From Acidimicrobiales bacterium (GTDB taxonomy: Bacteria > Actinomycetota > Acidimicrobiia > Acidimicrobiales > VFJN01), in the NCBI GenBank assembly GCA_036563805.1, contig DATCLS010000058.1:25911-89910 (forward strand): 64,000 bases of DNA, in the 5' to 3' direction. Both the position numbers and the translations under genes were made by a program. The notes under the pieces are model-generated. The model ran no database searches. It had not been told where the DNA came from and saw only the letters and a program-made list of their open reading frames with translations. Positions 33,280 to 41,477 of the stretch are shown here, piece by piece (position 1 is the stretch's first letter; the number at the start of each line of letters is the position of its first letter).

Positions 33280-33840
33280 ATGGCAGCACCCGGAGGCACC
33301 GGACCGATCGGACCGTTCCCGCTCGGCGTCGACACGCCCGAGCAGCAGGAGGAGTACGACAAGCTGCGACGGCGGGTCCTCTGGACGATGCCCTCTGGCC
33401 TGTACGTCGTCGGCAGCCGGCACGACGGGACGCTGAACTTCATGACCCTCAACTGGGCGACGCAGGTCAGCTTCGAGCCCAAGCTCCTCGGCATCGGCGT
33501 CGAGAAGACGGCCGTCACCCACCGGCTCATCGCCGAGGGCGGCTGCTTCACCCTGAACACGATCGCCCGCGAGGACCGGACGATCGTCCGCAAGTTCACC
33601 AAGCCCGCCGAGCACGACCCCGGGGCCCGCACGCTCAACGGCTTCCCGTACCACGAAGGCCGGACCGGCGCCCCGATCCTCGACCAGGCCGTGGCCTGGC
33701 TCGACTGCGAGGTGCGCCAACCCGTCGACTGCGGCGGCCACACGTTCTTCATCGGCGAGGTGGTCGACGCCGGCTTCCAGCGGGACGAGAACACCGAGGT
33801 CCTCCGCATGGAGGACACCCGCATGAGCTACGGCGGTTGA
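33280..33840 (+). CDS. flavin reductase family protein
   Basis: SGLYVVGSRHDGTLNFMTLNWATQVSFEPKLLGIGV. TAGCCT, 7 nt, ATG GCA. Confidence 0.85.
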   Translation: MAAPGGTGPIGPFPLGVDTPEQQEEYDKLRRRVLWTMPSGLYVVGSRHDGTLNFMTLNWATQVSFEPKLLGIGVEKTAVTHRLIAEGGCFTLNTIAREDRTIVRKFTKPAEHDPGARTLNGFPYHEGRTGAPILDQAVAWLDCEVRQPVDCGGHTFFIGEVVDAGFQRDENTEVLRMEDTRMSYGG

Positions 33841-33924
33841 GCCGGCCGGGGCAGGCAGGCGGTCGCACCCGGACCGACGCCCCGGCGACGGGCCGTGACC
33901 TGCGAGTCCGTGCCCCGGGGCCGG

Positions 33925-33930
33925 TACGGT
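33925..33930 (+). promoter_or_regulatory. -10-like hexamer (MarR)
   Basis: TACGGT, 8 nt, GTG 33939. Confidence 0.5.
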
Positions 33931-33938
33931 GAGGTCCC

Positions 33939-34589
33939 GTGAACGGCCCCCACCTCGACCCTCGGCAGCTGGGGGCCTACTTCGCCCTCACCGAGGCCAC
34001 CAGCCTCCTCCAGCACCAGGTCGAGCAGCACCTGCGCACCGAGGGCGGCCTCAGCTCCGTGCAGTTCCAGCTGCTCGCCCGCTTGGCCAACGCCCCCGAC
34101 GGCCTGACGATGACCGAGCTGGCCGACGGCGTCGTCTACAGCCGCAGCGGCCTGACCTACCAGGCCGGCCTGCTGGAGAAGGCCGGGCTCGTGGTGCGCA
34201 CGCCCAGCCCCGACGACGAGCGCGCCACGCTGGTTCGCATCACCGACGCCGGCCGCGACCTGTTCTTCCGGGTGCTGCCCGGGCACGTCGAGGTCGTCCG
34301 GCGGATGCTGTTCGACGCCCTGTCGGACGAGGACGTCGACCTGCTCGGCGACGTCATGTCCCGCCTGCGCGACCACATGCGGGCGCTGCCGCCCCGGTCG
34401 GCCGCCCCCCGGGGCCGCCGGGGCCAGGGGAGCCCGATGCGGGCCCGGGCGGCCGGCGACCGCGGCACCGACAGCCACGGCGACGGCCGTTCCGACGGCG
34501 ACGGGCACAGCGACGGCGACGGCGACGGCCGTGCCGACGGCGGGCACGGCGCGCCGCCCCGCCGGCCCCGTAGCATCCCCGACGCATGA
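33939..34589 (+). CDS. MarR family transcriptional regulator with an Asp/Gly/His-rich C-terminal tail
   Basis: LSSVQFQLLARLANAPDGLTMTELADGVVYSRSGLTYQAGLLEKAGLV. TACGGT, 8 nt, GTG. Confidence 0.85.
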   Translation: MNGPHLDPRQLGAYFALTEATSLLQHQVEQHLRTEGGLSSVQFQLLARLANAPDGLTMTELADGVVYSRSGLTYQAGLLEKAGLVVRTPSPDDERATLVRITDAGRDLFFRVLPGHVEVVRRMLFDALSDEDVDLLGDVMSRLRDHMRALPPRSAAPRGRRGQGSPMRARAAGDRGTDSHGDGRSDGDGHSDGDGDGRADGGHGAPPRRPRSIPDA

Positions 34590-35833
34590 GCGAGCAGCCC
34601 CTCCCGTCCTTCCCGGCGCGCGGCCGGCCGGTCGACGCCATCACCGCGGAGATCCGGGGCCGACGCGGCGGCGATGCCGACTGGCGCCGGGGCCGCACGT
34701 TCAGCCTCGTCTACAACCCCTCCGACCCCGAGCTCGAGCGGCTGCACGAGGCCGTCGCCCTCGAGTACCTGCACGAGAACTACCTGAACCCGTTCGCCTT
34801 CCCCAGCCTCCTGCAGATGGAGCGGGAGGTCGTGGCCATGGGCGCCGACCTGCTCCACGGCAACTCCAAGGGCGGGAAGCTCACCAGCGGCGGCACCGAG
34901 AGCCTGTTCCTCGCCGTCCAGGTGGCCCGCGACCACGCTCGCGAGGCCCGCGGCATCGCCGAACCCACGGTCGTGCTGCCGGAGACCGCCCACCCGGCGT
35001 TCGCCAAGGCCTGCCACTACCTGGACGTCGCCGAGGTCCGGGTGCCGGTGGGCCCCGAGGGCCGCGCCGATCCGGCCGCCATGGCCGACGCCGTCGACGG
35101 CCGGACCGCCCTCGTCGTCGGCTCGGCCCCCTGCTATCCGTACGGGGTCGTCGACCCGATCCCCGAGCTGGCGGCCCTTGCGGCGTCGGCCGGGGCCCTG
35201 TGTCACGTCGACGCCTGCCTGGGCGGGTGGTTGCTGCCGTTCCTCGAGCGGCTGGGCGAGCCGGTGCCACCCTGGGACTTCCGGGTCGAGGGCGTCACCT
35301 CGCTGTCCGCCGACGTGCACAAGTACGGGTGGTGCTTCAAGGGAGCGTCGCTGCTGCTCCACCGCGACGAGGACCTGCTGCGCCGCCAGTACTTCCTGTT
35401 CGACGGCTGGCCGGGCGGCCTGTACGGCTCGGCCACGACGGCCGGGACCCGCCCGGCGGCGCCCATCGCCGCGGCGTGGGCCACGATCGTCCACCTCGGC
35501 GAGGAGGGCTACCTGCGGCTGGCCGGCCAGGTGCGGGAGGCGTCCGAGCGGTTCCGGACCGGGATCGCCGCCATCGACGGCCTGCGGATCACCGGCGAGC
35601 CCGTGCCGGGGATCATGGAGATCGCCTCCGACACGGTGGACATGGCCGCGGTGGCCGACGTCATGGACGACCGCGGCTGGCACCTCGACCGCCAGCAGGG
35701 CGGGCTGCACGCCATCGTGTCGCCGTCGCATCGGGAGGCCGTCGACGCCTTCCTGGCCGACCTGGCCGACGCCGTGGCCGACCACGGCGAGAGCCGGGGC
35801 GTGGCGGCCCGCTACGGCGACGCCGGCGTGTGA
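34586..35833 (+). CDS. PLP-dependent decarboxylase/lyase (sphingosine-1-phosphate lyase / glutamate decarboxylase-like)
   Basis: 415 aa; TSGGTESLFLAV, SADVHKYG (PLP lysine motif). The ATG overlaps the MarR stop (ATGA). Confidence 0.85.
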   Translation: MSEQPLPSFPARGRPVDAITAEIRGRRGGDADWRRGRTFSLVYNPSDPELERLHEAVALEYLHENYLNPFAFPSLLQMEREVVAMGADLLHGNSKGGKLTSGGTESLFLAVQVARDHAREARGIAEPTVVLPETAHPAFAKACHYLDVAEVRVPVGPEGRADPAAMADAVDGRTALVVGSAPCYPYGVVDPIPELAALAASAGALCHVDACLGGWLLPFLERLGEPVPPWDFRVEGVTSLSADVHKYGWCFKGASLLLHRDEDLLRRQYFLFDGWPGGLYGSATTAGTRPAAPIAAAWATIVHLGEEGYLRLAGQVREASERFRTGIAAIDGLRITGEPVPGIMEIASDTVDMAAVADVMDDRGWHLDRQQGGLHAIVSPSHREAVDAFLADLADAVADHGESRGVAARYGDAGV

Positions 35834-35837
35834 GGCG

Positions 35838-36509
35838 ATGACCGGGCGTCCCGGGCGGGCCGTGCCGTTCGCCGGGGTCGTGCTGTGCGGGGGCCGGAGC
35901 CGGCGCATGGGCCGGGACAAGGCCCTCATCCAGATCGGCGGCCTGCCGCTGGCGGTGCGGGTGGCCGCCGCCCTCGCTGCGGCCGGGGCCACGGACGTGC
36001 GGGCGGTCGGCGGGGACGCCGCCGCTCTCGCCGCCCACGGGCTCCTGTCCGTGCCCGACCGGTGGCCGGGGGAGGGGCCGCTGGGCGGGATCGTCACGGC
36101 CCTGACCTCCCTGGCCGCCCCAGCCGCACCCGGCGCAGAAGGCGGCGAGGACGGCGGGGCCGACGCCGGGCCCGCCGGGGACGGGCCCGGGATCGTGGTC
36201 GTGGCCGCCTGCGACCTGGTCGCCCCGTCGCCGGCGACGCTGGCGGCCACGGTCGCCGCCCTCGCCGGGGCGCCGGACGCCGGGGTGGCGGTGCCGACGC
36301 TCGCCGGGCGCCGGCGGTGGGACCAGGCCGCCTGGGAGACCGGCGCCGCCGGCCCGCTCGAGGCGGCGTTCGCAGCGGGGGAGCGGGCGGTCCACCGGGC
36401 GGTGACGGCCGCCGGCCTCGCCGTGGTCGAGGTTCCCGGCCTCGACCCGGCGTCCCTGGCCGACGCCGACACCCCCGCCGACCTCCGGACCCCCGGCGAC
36501 ACCGCCTGA
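35838..36509 (+). CDS. mobA: molybdenum cofactor guanylyltransferase
   Basis: GVVLCGGRSRRMGRDKAL N-terminal motif; 4 nt after the upstream stop. Confidence 0.8.
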   Translation: MTGRPGRAVPFAGVVLCGGRSRRMGRDKALIQIGGLPLAVRVAAALAAAGATDVRAVGGDAAALAAHGLLSVPDRWPGEGPLGGIVTALTSLAAPAAPGAEGGEDGGADAGPAGDGPGIVVVAACDLVAPSPATLAATVAALAGAPDAGVAVPTLAGRRRWDQAAWETGAAGPLEAAFAAGERAVHRAVTAAGLAVVEVPGLDPASLADADTPADLRTPGDTA

Positions 36510-36572
36510 TCGCCGGCCCGCCGGTCCGGACGCCTGAGCGCCGGCCCGCCGGCCAGCACGCCGCGCCGCCGT

Positions 36573-36610
36573 GGCGCGCGGCCGCCGGCCCGGCCTGGTG
36601 GCCGCGCGCC
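36573..36610 (+). terminator. 11-bp perfect inverted repeat downstream of mobA
   Basis: ggcgcgcggcc N16 ggccgcgcgcc; no U-tract. Confidence 0.3.
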
Positions 36611-36683
36611 CGGGTCCGCCCCCGATCCCCGGGGCGTTCGGGGGCGTCCCGGCCCGGGGGACGGAGGGGGCGGGTCGGGGCAC

Positions 36684-36689
36684 TAGCCT
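36684..36689 (+). promoter_or_regulatory. -10-like hexamer (rhodanese)
   Basis: TAGCCT, 7 nt, ATG 36697. Confidence 0.55.
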
Positions 36690-36696
36690 CGAAGCC

Positions 36697-37017
36697 ATGG
36701 AGGTCCCCGAGATCGACGTCGCCGAGCTCGCCAAGCGGCGCAGCGAGGGTGCGCCGGTGATCGACGTGCGCGAGCCCGACGAGTACGACGCCGGCCACGT
36801 GCCCGGCGCCCGGCTCGTTCCCCTGACGACGGTCCCCGAGCGGGTCGACGAGGTACCGACCGACCAGCCGGTCTACGTCATCTGCGCCAAGGGGGGCCGC
36901 AGCTTGCGGGCGGCCGAGTTCTACCGCTCGCAGGGCATCGAGGCCATCAACGTCGCCGGCGGGACCTCGGCATGGATCGAGGCCGGTCAGCCCGTCAACA
37001 CGGGGATGGACCCGTAG
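36697..37017 (+). CDS. rhodanese-like sulfurtransferase domain protein
   Basis: IDVREPDEYDAGHVPGA.., active-site loop CAKGGRS. TAGCCT, 7 nt, ATG. Confidence 0.85.
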   Translation: MEVPEIDVAELAKRRSEGAPVIDVREPDEYDAGHVPGARLVPLTTVPERVDEVPTDQPVYVICAKGGRSLRAAEFYRSQGIEAINVAGGTSAWIEAGQPVNTGMDP

Positions 37018-38369
37018 GGTCCGCACCCGCCCCACCCCGGTTCCGCTGGGTCTCGGACCAGGGGAGCCTCGACGCCCTCGTCGAGACGCTGGCGGAGGCC
37101 GAGACCTACGCGCTCGACACCGAGTTCCACCGCGAGCGCACCTACTACGCCCAGCTGGCGCTGCTGCAGATCCGCCCGGGCCGCCCGCGGGGCCGCGCCG
37201 GCGGCGACCGGGGCGAGGTCGCGCTCGTCGACCCGCTGAAGGTCGATGTCGCCCCGCTGCGCGAGGTGCTCGCCGGGCCGGGCCTGTGCCTCATGCACGC
37301 CGCCAGCCAGGACCTCGAGATCCTCGAGCGGGCCTGCGGCACCGTGCCCAGCCGCCTGGTCGACACGCAGGTGGCGGCCGGCTTCGTGGGCCTGGGGTCG
37401 CCGGGCCTGGGCGTGCTGCTCCAGAAGCGCTTGGGCCTCAACCTGCCCAAGGCCGACCGGCTGACCGACTGGCTGCGCCGCCCGCTGCCCGACGACGCCG
37501 CCGCCTACGCGGCCGCCGACGTCGCCTACCTCGACGACCTGTGGGATTCGCTGGCCGCCGAGATCGAGGCCCGGGGCCGGATGGACTGGCTGCTCGACGA
37601 GTGCGACGAGCTGCGCCGCCGCCACGGCGAACCGCTCGACCCGGAGCGGGCCTGGTGGCGGATCAAGGAGGCCCGCCGCCTGCGGGGCAAGGCCCGGGGC
37701 GTCGCCCAGGCGGTGGCGGCCTGGCGCGAGCGGCGGGCCCGCGAGCTCGACAAGCCGGTCCGCCACGTGCTGCCCGACCTGTCGGTCGTCGCCATCGCCG
37801 AGCGCCCGCCTCGCAGCCGCAAGGACCTCGACCGGGTCCGCGGGCTCGACGGGCGCCACCTGCGCAGCGGCGCCGGCGAGAGCCTCATGGCCGCGGTCGA
37901 GGCCGGCGCCAAGCTGTCGGAGGACGACCTGAAGATCCCGCCCCGCGATGGGGTCGACACGACGTTCCGCCCCGCGGTCACCCTGGCCTCGGCCTGGGTG
38001 GGGCAGCTGGCCCGCGACGCCGAGCTCGACCCGGCCCTGGTGGCGACCCGGGCCGACATCGAGGCGCTGGTGCGGGGCGAGCCGTCGCGCCTGTCGACGG
38101 GATGGCGGGCCCGGGTCGCCGGTGGGCCGGTCCAGCGCCTGCTGGCGGGGGAGGCGGCGCTGGCGTTCGACGGCGTCGGCTCGCTGGTGCTCGAGGCCCG
38201 GTCCCACGCCCCGGTGGCGTCGGCCCACGCCGACCCGGCCGATGAGCCCGACCCCGTCGGCTCCGCCGGGTCCAGCGATGCCGACGCCGACGCCGCCGGC
38301 GAGCCCACGGACGCGGCCGATCCGGCCACCCGGGACGATCCCGCCGGCGCCGCCCGCGTCGGGGACTGA
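36972..38369 (+). CDS. rnd: ribonuclease D (DEDD 3'-5' exonuclease + HRDC) with an acidic low-complexity tail
   Basis: YALDTEFHRERTYYAQLALLQI, LMHAASQDLEIL, AAADVAYL. The only canonical in-frame start upstream of the exonuclease motif is ATG 36972. Confidence 0.8.
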   Translation: MDRGRSARQHGDGPVGSAPAPPRFRWVSDQGSLDALVETLAEAETYALDTEFHRERTYYAQLALLQIRPGRPRGRAGGDRGEVALVDPLKVDVAPLREVLAGPGLCLMHAASQDLEILERACGTVPSRLVDTQVAAGFVGLGSPGLGVLLQKRLGLNLPKADRLTDWLRRPLPDDAAAYAAADVAYLDDLWDSLAAEIEARGRMDWLLDECDELRRRHGEPLDPERAWWRIKEARRLRGKARGVAQAVAAWRERRARELDKPVRHVLPDLSVVAIAERPPRSRKDLDRVRGLDGRHLRSGAGESLMAAVEAGAKLSEDDLKIPPRDGVDTTFRPAVTLASAWVGQLARDAELDPALVATRADIEALVRGEPSRLSTGWRARVAGGPVQRLLAGEAALAFDGVGSLVLEARSHAPVASAHADPADEPDPVGSAGSSDADADAAGEPTDAADPATRDDPAGAARVGD

Positions 38370-38432
38370 GGCCCCGGCCGGGCCGGGCGGCACCGCCGGG
38401 CGGACCGCCTGGGACCCGCCAGGGACGCCCCG

Positions 38433-39992
38433 CTACGGCTCGAGCAGCACCGCCGAGTCGGGGCCGAGCGTGCCGGCGAACGGGTCGCCCTCGCCCCGGC
38501 CGTCGCTCGCCACCAGCACCCGCCCGGACACCGGCACCCGGGCCGGCGCCCCGCCCATGTTGACCGCCACCACCCGGGCGTCGCCCGAGGCCGTCCACCG
38601 CCGCCAGGCCAGCACGTCGCCGTCCCCACCCGCCGCCGCGGCCGACGCCCCCTCGCCCTCGACCCAGGCGAAGTCGCCGACCTGCAGCGCCGGCGAGTCC
38701 CGCCGGGCGGCCAGCAGCCGCCGGTACAGGTGGAGGATCGACCCCGCGTCGTCGCGCTGGGTGGCCACGTTCCGGGTCGCCGCCTCCGGCGGCCACGGCA
38801 GCCAGGCGTCGGTCACGCCCCAGCCGTGGTCGGGCTCCCCGGTCCAGGGGATGGGGGCGCGGCACGGGTCGCGACCACCGGGGTCGAGCCGCCGCTCCGG
38901 AGGCACGACGGCGTCCTCGAGCCCCAGCTCCTCACCGGCGTACAGGACCGGCGACCCCCGCAGGCCGAGAAGCAGGAACAGCGCGGCGCGGGCCCGGTCC
39001 TCGGACCCGCCGTAGCGGGTGCGGTGCCGGGAGGTGTCGTGGTTGGACAGCACCCACGTCGCCCACCCACCCCGGGCGTCGATGTGCTCGACGGTGGCGT
39101 CCACGGCCCGGCGCCACCGCCGGGCGTCCCACGGCGCCCACAGCGCCGGGAAGTTGAACGCCATGTGCAGCTCGTCGCCGGCGCCGTAGTAGGTGGCGAT
39201 CCGCTCGGTCGACAGCAGGAAGACCTCGCCCAGCAGCAGCCGGTCGCCCGGGTAGGCGTCGACCACCCGCCGCAGGCCCCGGATCAGCTCGTGGGTGCGG
39301 TCCGTGTCGTTGAGCGTGGCGTGGGGGAGGCCGGCGACGTCCGGCGGGTCGTCGGGCAGCACCGGGTCCTTGCCGATGCCGTGGACGACGTCGACGCGGA
39401 ACCCGTCGACGCCCCGGTCGAGCCAGAACCGCATGACGCCGTGCATGGCCTCGACCACCTCGGGGTTGTCCCAGTTGAGGTCGGGCTGCTGGGGCAGGAA
39501 CAGGTGGAGGTACCACTGGCCGGTGGCCTCGTCCCACGTCCACGCCGGCGCCTCGAGGTCGAACGCGGCCCGCCAGTTGTTGGGCGGGGCCTCGGGCGTG
39601 CCGTCGCGCCAGATGTACCAGTCGCGCTTGGGGTCGTCGCGGCTCGACCGGGCCGCCTGGAACCAGGGGTGCTGGTCGGACGTGTGGTTGGGGACGAGGT
39701 CGACGAGGAGCCGCAGGCCCCGCCTGTGGCAGGCGGCCAGCAGGCTGTCGAAGGCGGCGAGGTCGCCGAACAGCGGGTCGACGTCGCAGTGGTCGGCCAC
39801 GTCGTAGCCGAAGTCGGCCATCGGCGACGGGTAGAACGGGGAGAGCCACACGGCGTCGACCCCCAGCCAGGCCAGGTGGTCGAGGCGCGCCTCGATTCCG
39901 GCGAGGTCGCCGGTCGCCCGGTGGTGGGTCGTCGCAAATGATCGCGGGTAGATTTGGTAGAAGACGGCGGTTTGCCACCACGGGGCGTCCAT
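38433..39992 (-). CDS. GH13 alpha-glucosidase / oligo-1,6-glucosidase family
   Basis: WWQTAVFYQIYPRSF, VDAVWLSPFYPSPMADFGYDV, LLVDLVPNHTSDQHPWF, GFRVDVV. Confidence 0.9.
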   Translation of the reverse strand: MDAPWWQTAVFYQIYPRSFATTHHRATGDLAGIEARLDHLAWLGVDAVWLSPFYPSPMADFGYDVADHCDVDPLFGDLAAFDSLLAACHRRGLRLLVDLVPNHTSDQHPWFQAARSSRDDPKRDWYIWRDGTPEAPPNNWRAAFDLEAPAWTWDEATGQWYLHLFLPQQPDLNWDNPEVVEAMHGVMRFWLDRGVDGFRVDVVHGIGKDPVLPDDPPDVAGLPHATLNDTDRTHELIRGLRRVVDAYPGDRLLLGEVFLLSTERIATYYGAGDELHMAFNFPALWAPWDARRWRRAVDATVEHIDARGGWATWVLSNHDTSRHRTRYGGSEDRARAALFLLLGLRGSPVLYAGEELGLEDAVVPPERRLDPGGRDPCRAPIPWTGEPDHGWGVTDAWLPWPPEAATRNVATQRDDAGSILHLYRRLLAARRDSPALQVGDFAWVEGEGASAAAAGGDGDVLAWRRWTASGDARVVAVNMGGAPARVPVSGRVLVASDGRGEGDPFAGTLGPDSAVLLEP

Positions 39993-40153
39993 CGCTGGGG
40001 CAGCGTACGCGCAGTCGATGTCTGCACGGCAGTCCCCAACGTGATAGGAAAGGGGTCAGGACACCCCGGGCGGCAACCGTCGCCGGGGACCATGGCCGGC
40101 TAGAACCGGCGATACACTTCCCCGCCGAAACGCAATCACGTGGGAGCTGGCCC

Positions 40154-40339
40154 GTGAAGAAGGGTCGACATCGCCGATTTGAGGAAGCACGTGCTCTCAA
40201 GCGCAGCAGCGACCTCGACATCACTGCCATCTTTGACCCTGACGATGCCGAACCGTGTGTGGAGTGCGGTGCGGAACCCGGCGCTGAGCACGCGTCGTGG
40301 TGTATGGCAGACGTCGAAGATGACGACGGCTCGAACTAG
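40154..40339 (+). CDS. small hypothetical protein (61 aa): basic N-terminus, CxxC..HxxxC, acidic C-terminus
   Basis: SD GGGAG, 7 nt, GTG. Sequence: VKKGRHRRFEEARALKRSSDLDITAIFDPDDAEPCVECGAEPGAEHASWCMADVEDDDGSN. Many A/T-ending codons, unlike neighbouring genes. Confidence 0.45.
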   Translation: MKKGRHRRFEEARALKRSSDLDITAIFDPDDAEPCVECGAEPGAEHASWCMADVEDDDGSN

Positions 40340-40346
40340 CTAGCGC

Positions 40347-41222
40347 CTACGGTCGTCCCTGGTCGCGCGTCCGGCGCCGCCGCAGCACCGGGTGGGGCGC
40401 GAAGCGTTCGTGCCCGCGCGTCCGCCGGCCGGCCGCGACGTGGTCGACGAACCGCTCGTACGCCCAGGCGCTCGTCATCTCGACGATCTCGTCGCGGAGC
40501 GTCTCGTAGACGGGGGCCGAGGCGGTGAAGGCCTCCGGGGCGTCCGTGCACCACCAGTGGAAGTCGTCGCCGCCGGCGCCCCAGTCGCGCCGCTTCCACT
40601 CCCGCAGCGTCGACACCACCTGGCCCGAGTCGTCGACCGTGTCGATGCGCCGGAGCGGCAGCTGCCAGCACACGTCGGGCTTCCAGTCGAGCGGACGCTC
40701 GCCCGCCTCCAGCGCCGCCCGGTGCAGGGCGCAGCCGGCGCCGCCGGGGAAGCCGGGGCGGTTGAGGAAGATGCAGGCGTCGCCGACCATGCGGGTCACG
40801 GTGGCGCCGCCCGGGCCCTTGCGGAGCGGCCCGCCCCGCCGGGCGGCGACGCGCCTGTGCTGCCACTGGGCGTCGGTCAGCCGGGCGGCGGCGGCCAGCA
40901 CGTCGGCCTCGTCGGCCTCGTCGATGAGGTGGGCGCCGTAGCTGCAGCACCCCTGCTCGAGCTCGGCCGCCGGCTCGGTGAGCACGCCCGGGCAGCCGCG
41001 CCCGTACAGGCAGCGCCAGGGGCTGAGCAGGAACGTCACGTCGAAGACCCAGGTCCGCCGCTCGTGGGGGTCGTCGAACGAGACGAGCTCGTGCAGGTCC
41101 GCCGGCTCGGGACGACCCTCGGAACGGGACCCGGAGCGGGGTGCGGAGCGGGGCCCGGGACGGTCGGGACGACCCTTGGGGCGGAACCCGGGGTCGTCGC
41201 GGTGGTCACCCGGTCCGGTCAT
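40347..41222 (-). CDS. conserved-looking Cys-rich hypothetical protein
   Basis: 291 aa; WRCLYGRGCPGV, QGCCSYGAH, GDACIFLNRPGFPGGAGCALH, VCWQLP. This suggests a metal or Fe-S binding fold. Confidence 0.7.
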   Translation of the reverse strand: MTGPGDHRDDPGFRPKGRPDRPGPRSAPRSGSRSEGRPEPADLHELVSFDDPHERRTWVFDVTFLLSPWRCLYGRGCPGVLTEPAAELEQGCCSYGAHLIDEADEADVLAAAARLTDAQWQHRRVAARRGGPLRKGPGGATVTRMVGDACIFLNRPGFPGGAGCALHRAALEAGERPLDWKPDVCWQLPLRRIDTVDDSGQVVSTLREWKRRDWGAGGDDFHWWCTDAPEAFTASAPVYETLRDEIVEMTSAWAYERFVDHVAAGRRTRGHERFAPHPVLRRRRTRDQGRP

Positions 41223-41232
41223 CGCTGTGCCC

Positions 41233-41238
41233 TAGGAT
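41233..41238 (+). promoter_or_regulatory. -10-like hexamer (66-aa protein)
   Basis: TAGGAT, 8 nt, GTG 41247. Confidence 0.45.
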
Positions 41239-41246
41239 CGCGGCCC

Positions 41247-41447
41247 GTGGCCGGGGAGTTCGACGACATCCGCAGGCGGCTTGAGGCCATCTCCGAAGAG
41301 CTGGCCGACCTGGCCATGGAGCGCCTCCGCGAGTCGATCGACAACGGCGGCACCGAGCTACCGGTCGACGAGCGCCGGCTGACCCGGGCCCGGCGGGCCG
41401 TCGAGAAGGCGGTCCACCTGCTGGAGGAGCCCGACGACAACCCCTGA
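41247..41447 (+). CDS. small helical hypothetical protein (66 aa)
   Basis: TAGGAT, 8 nt, GTG. Sequence: VAGEFDDIRRRLEAISEELADLAMERLRESI..RRAVEKAVHLLEEPDDNP. Confidence 0.5.
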   Translation: MAGEFDDIRRRLEAISEELADLAMERLRESIDNGGTELPVDERRLTRARRAVEKAVHLLEEPDDNP

Positions 41448-41477
41448 GCCCGCGCTGCTGACATCCCCGAGCGCGAC

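Noticed and set aside
29631-33302. A 38-nt direct repeat (32/38 identical) at 29631-29668 and 33265-33302, bracketing a 3.6-kb segment (3-TM protein, ECF sigma, YCII, DHFR-like). I considered it as attL/attR of an integrated element, or as a duplicated 5' end of the flavin reductase gene.
   Set aside because: - Most of the identity is explained by shared functional signals: TAGCCT, 7 nt, RTG GCA, then Pro/Gly codons.
- The same core also recurs at 26401 (patatin), and more loosely at 36684 (TAGCCT-N7) and 53241 (GTG GCA).
- No integrase or other mobility gene lies inside the segment.
- My rough estimate puts the chance expectation only marginally below 1 in a window of this size and composition.

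It is still worth a formal alignment, but it is not strong enough to call a mobile element.
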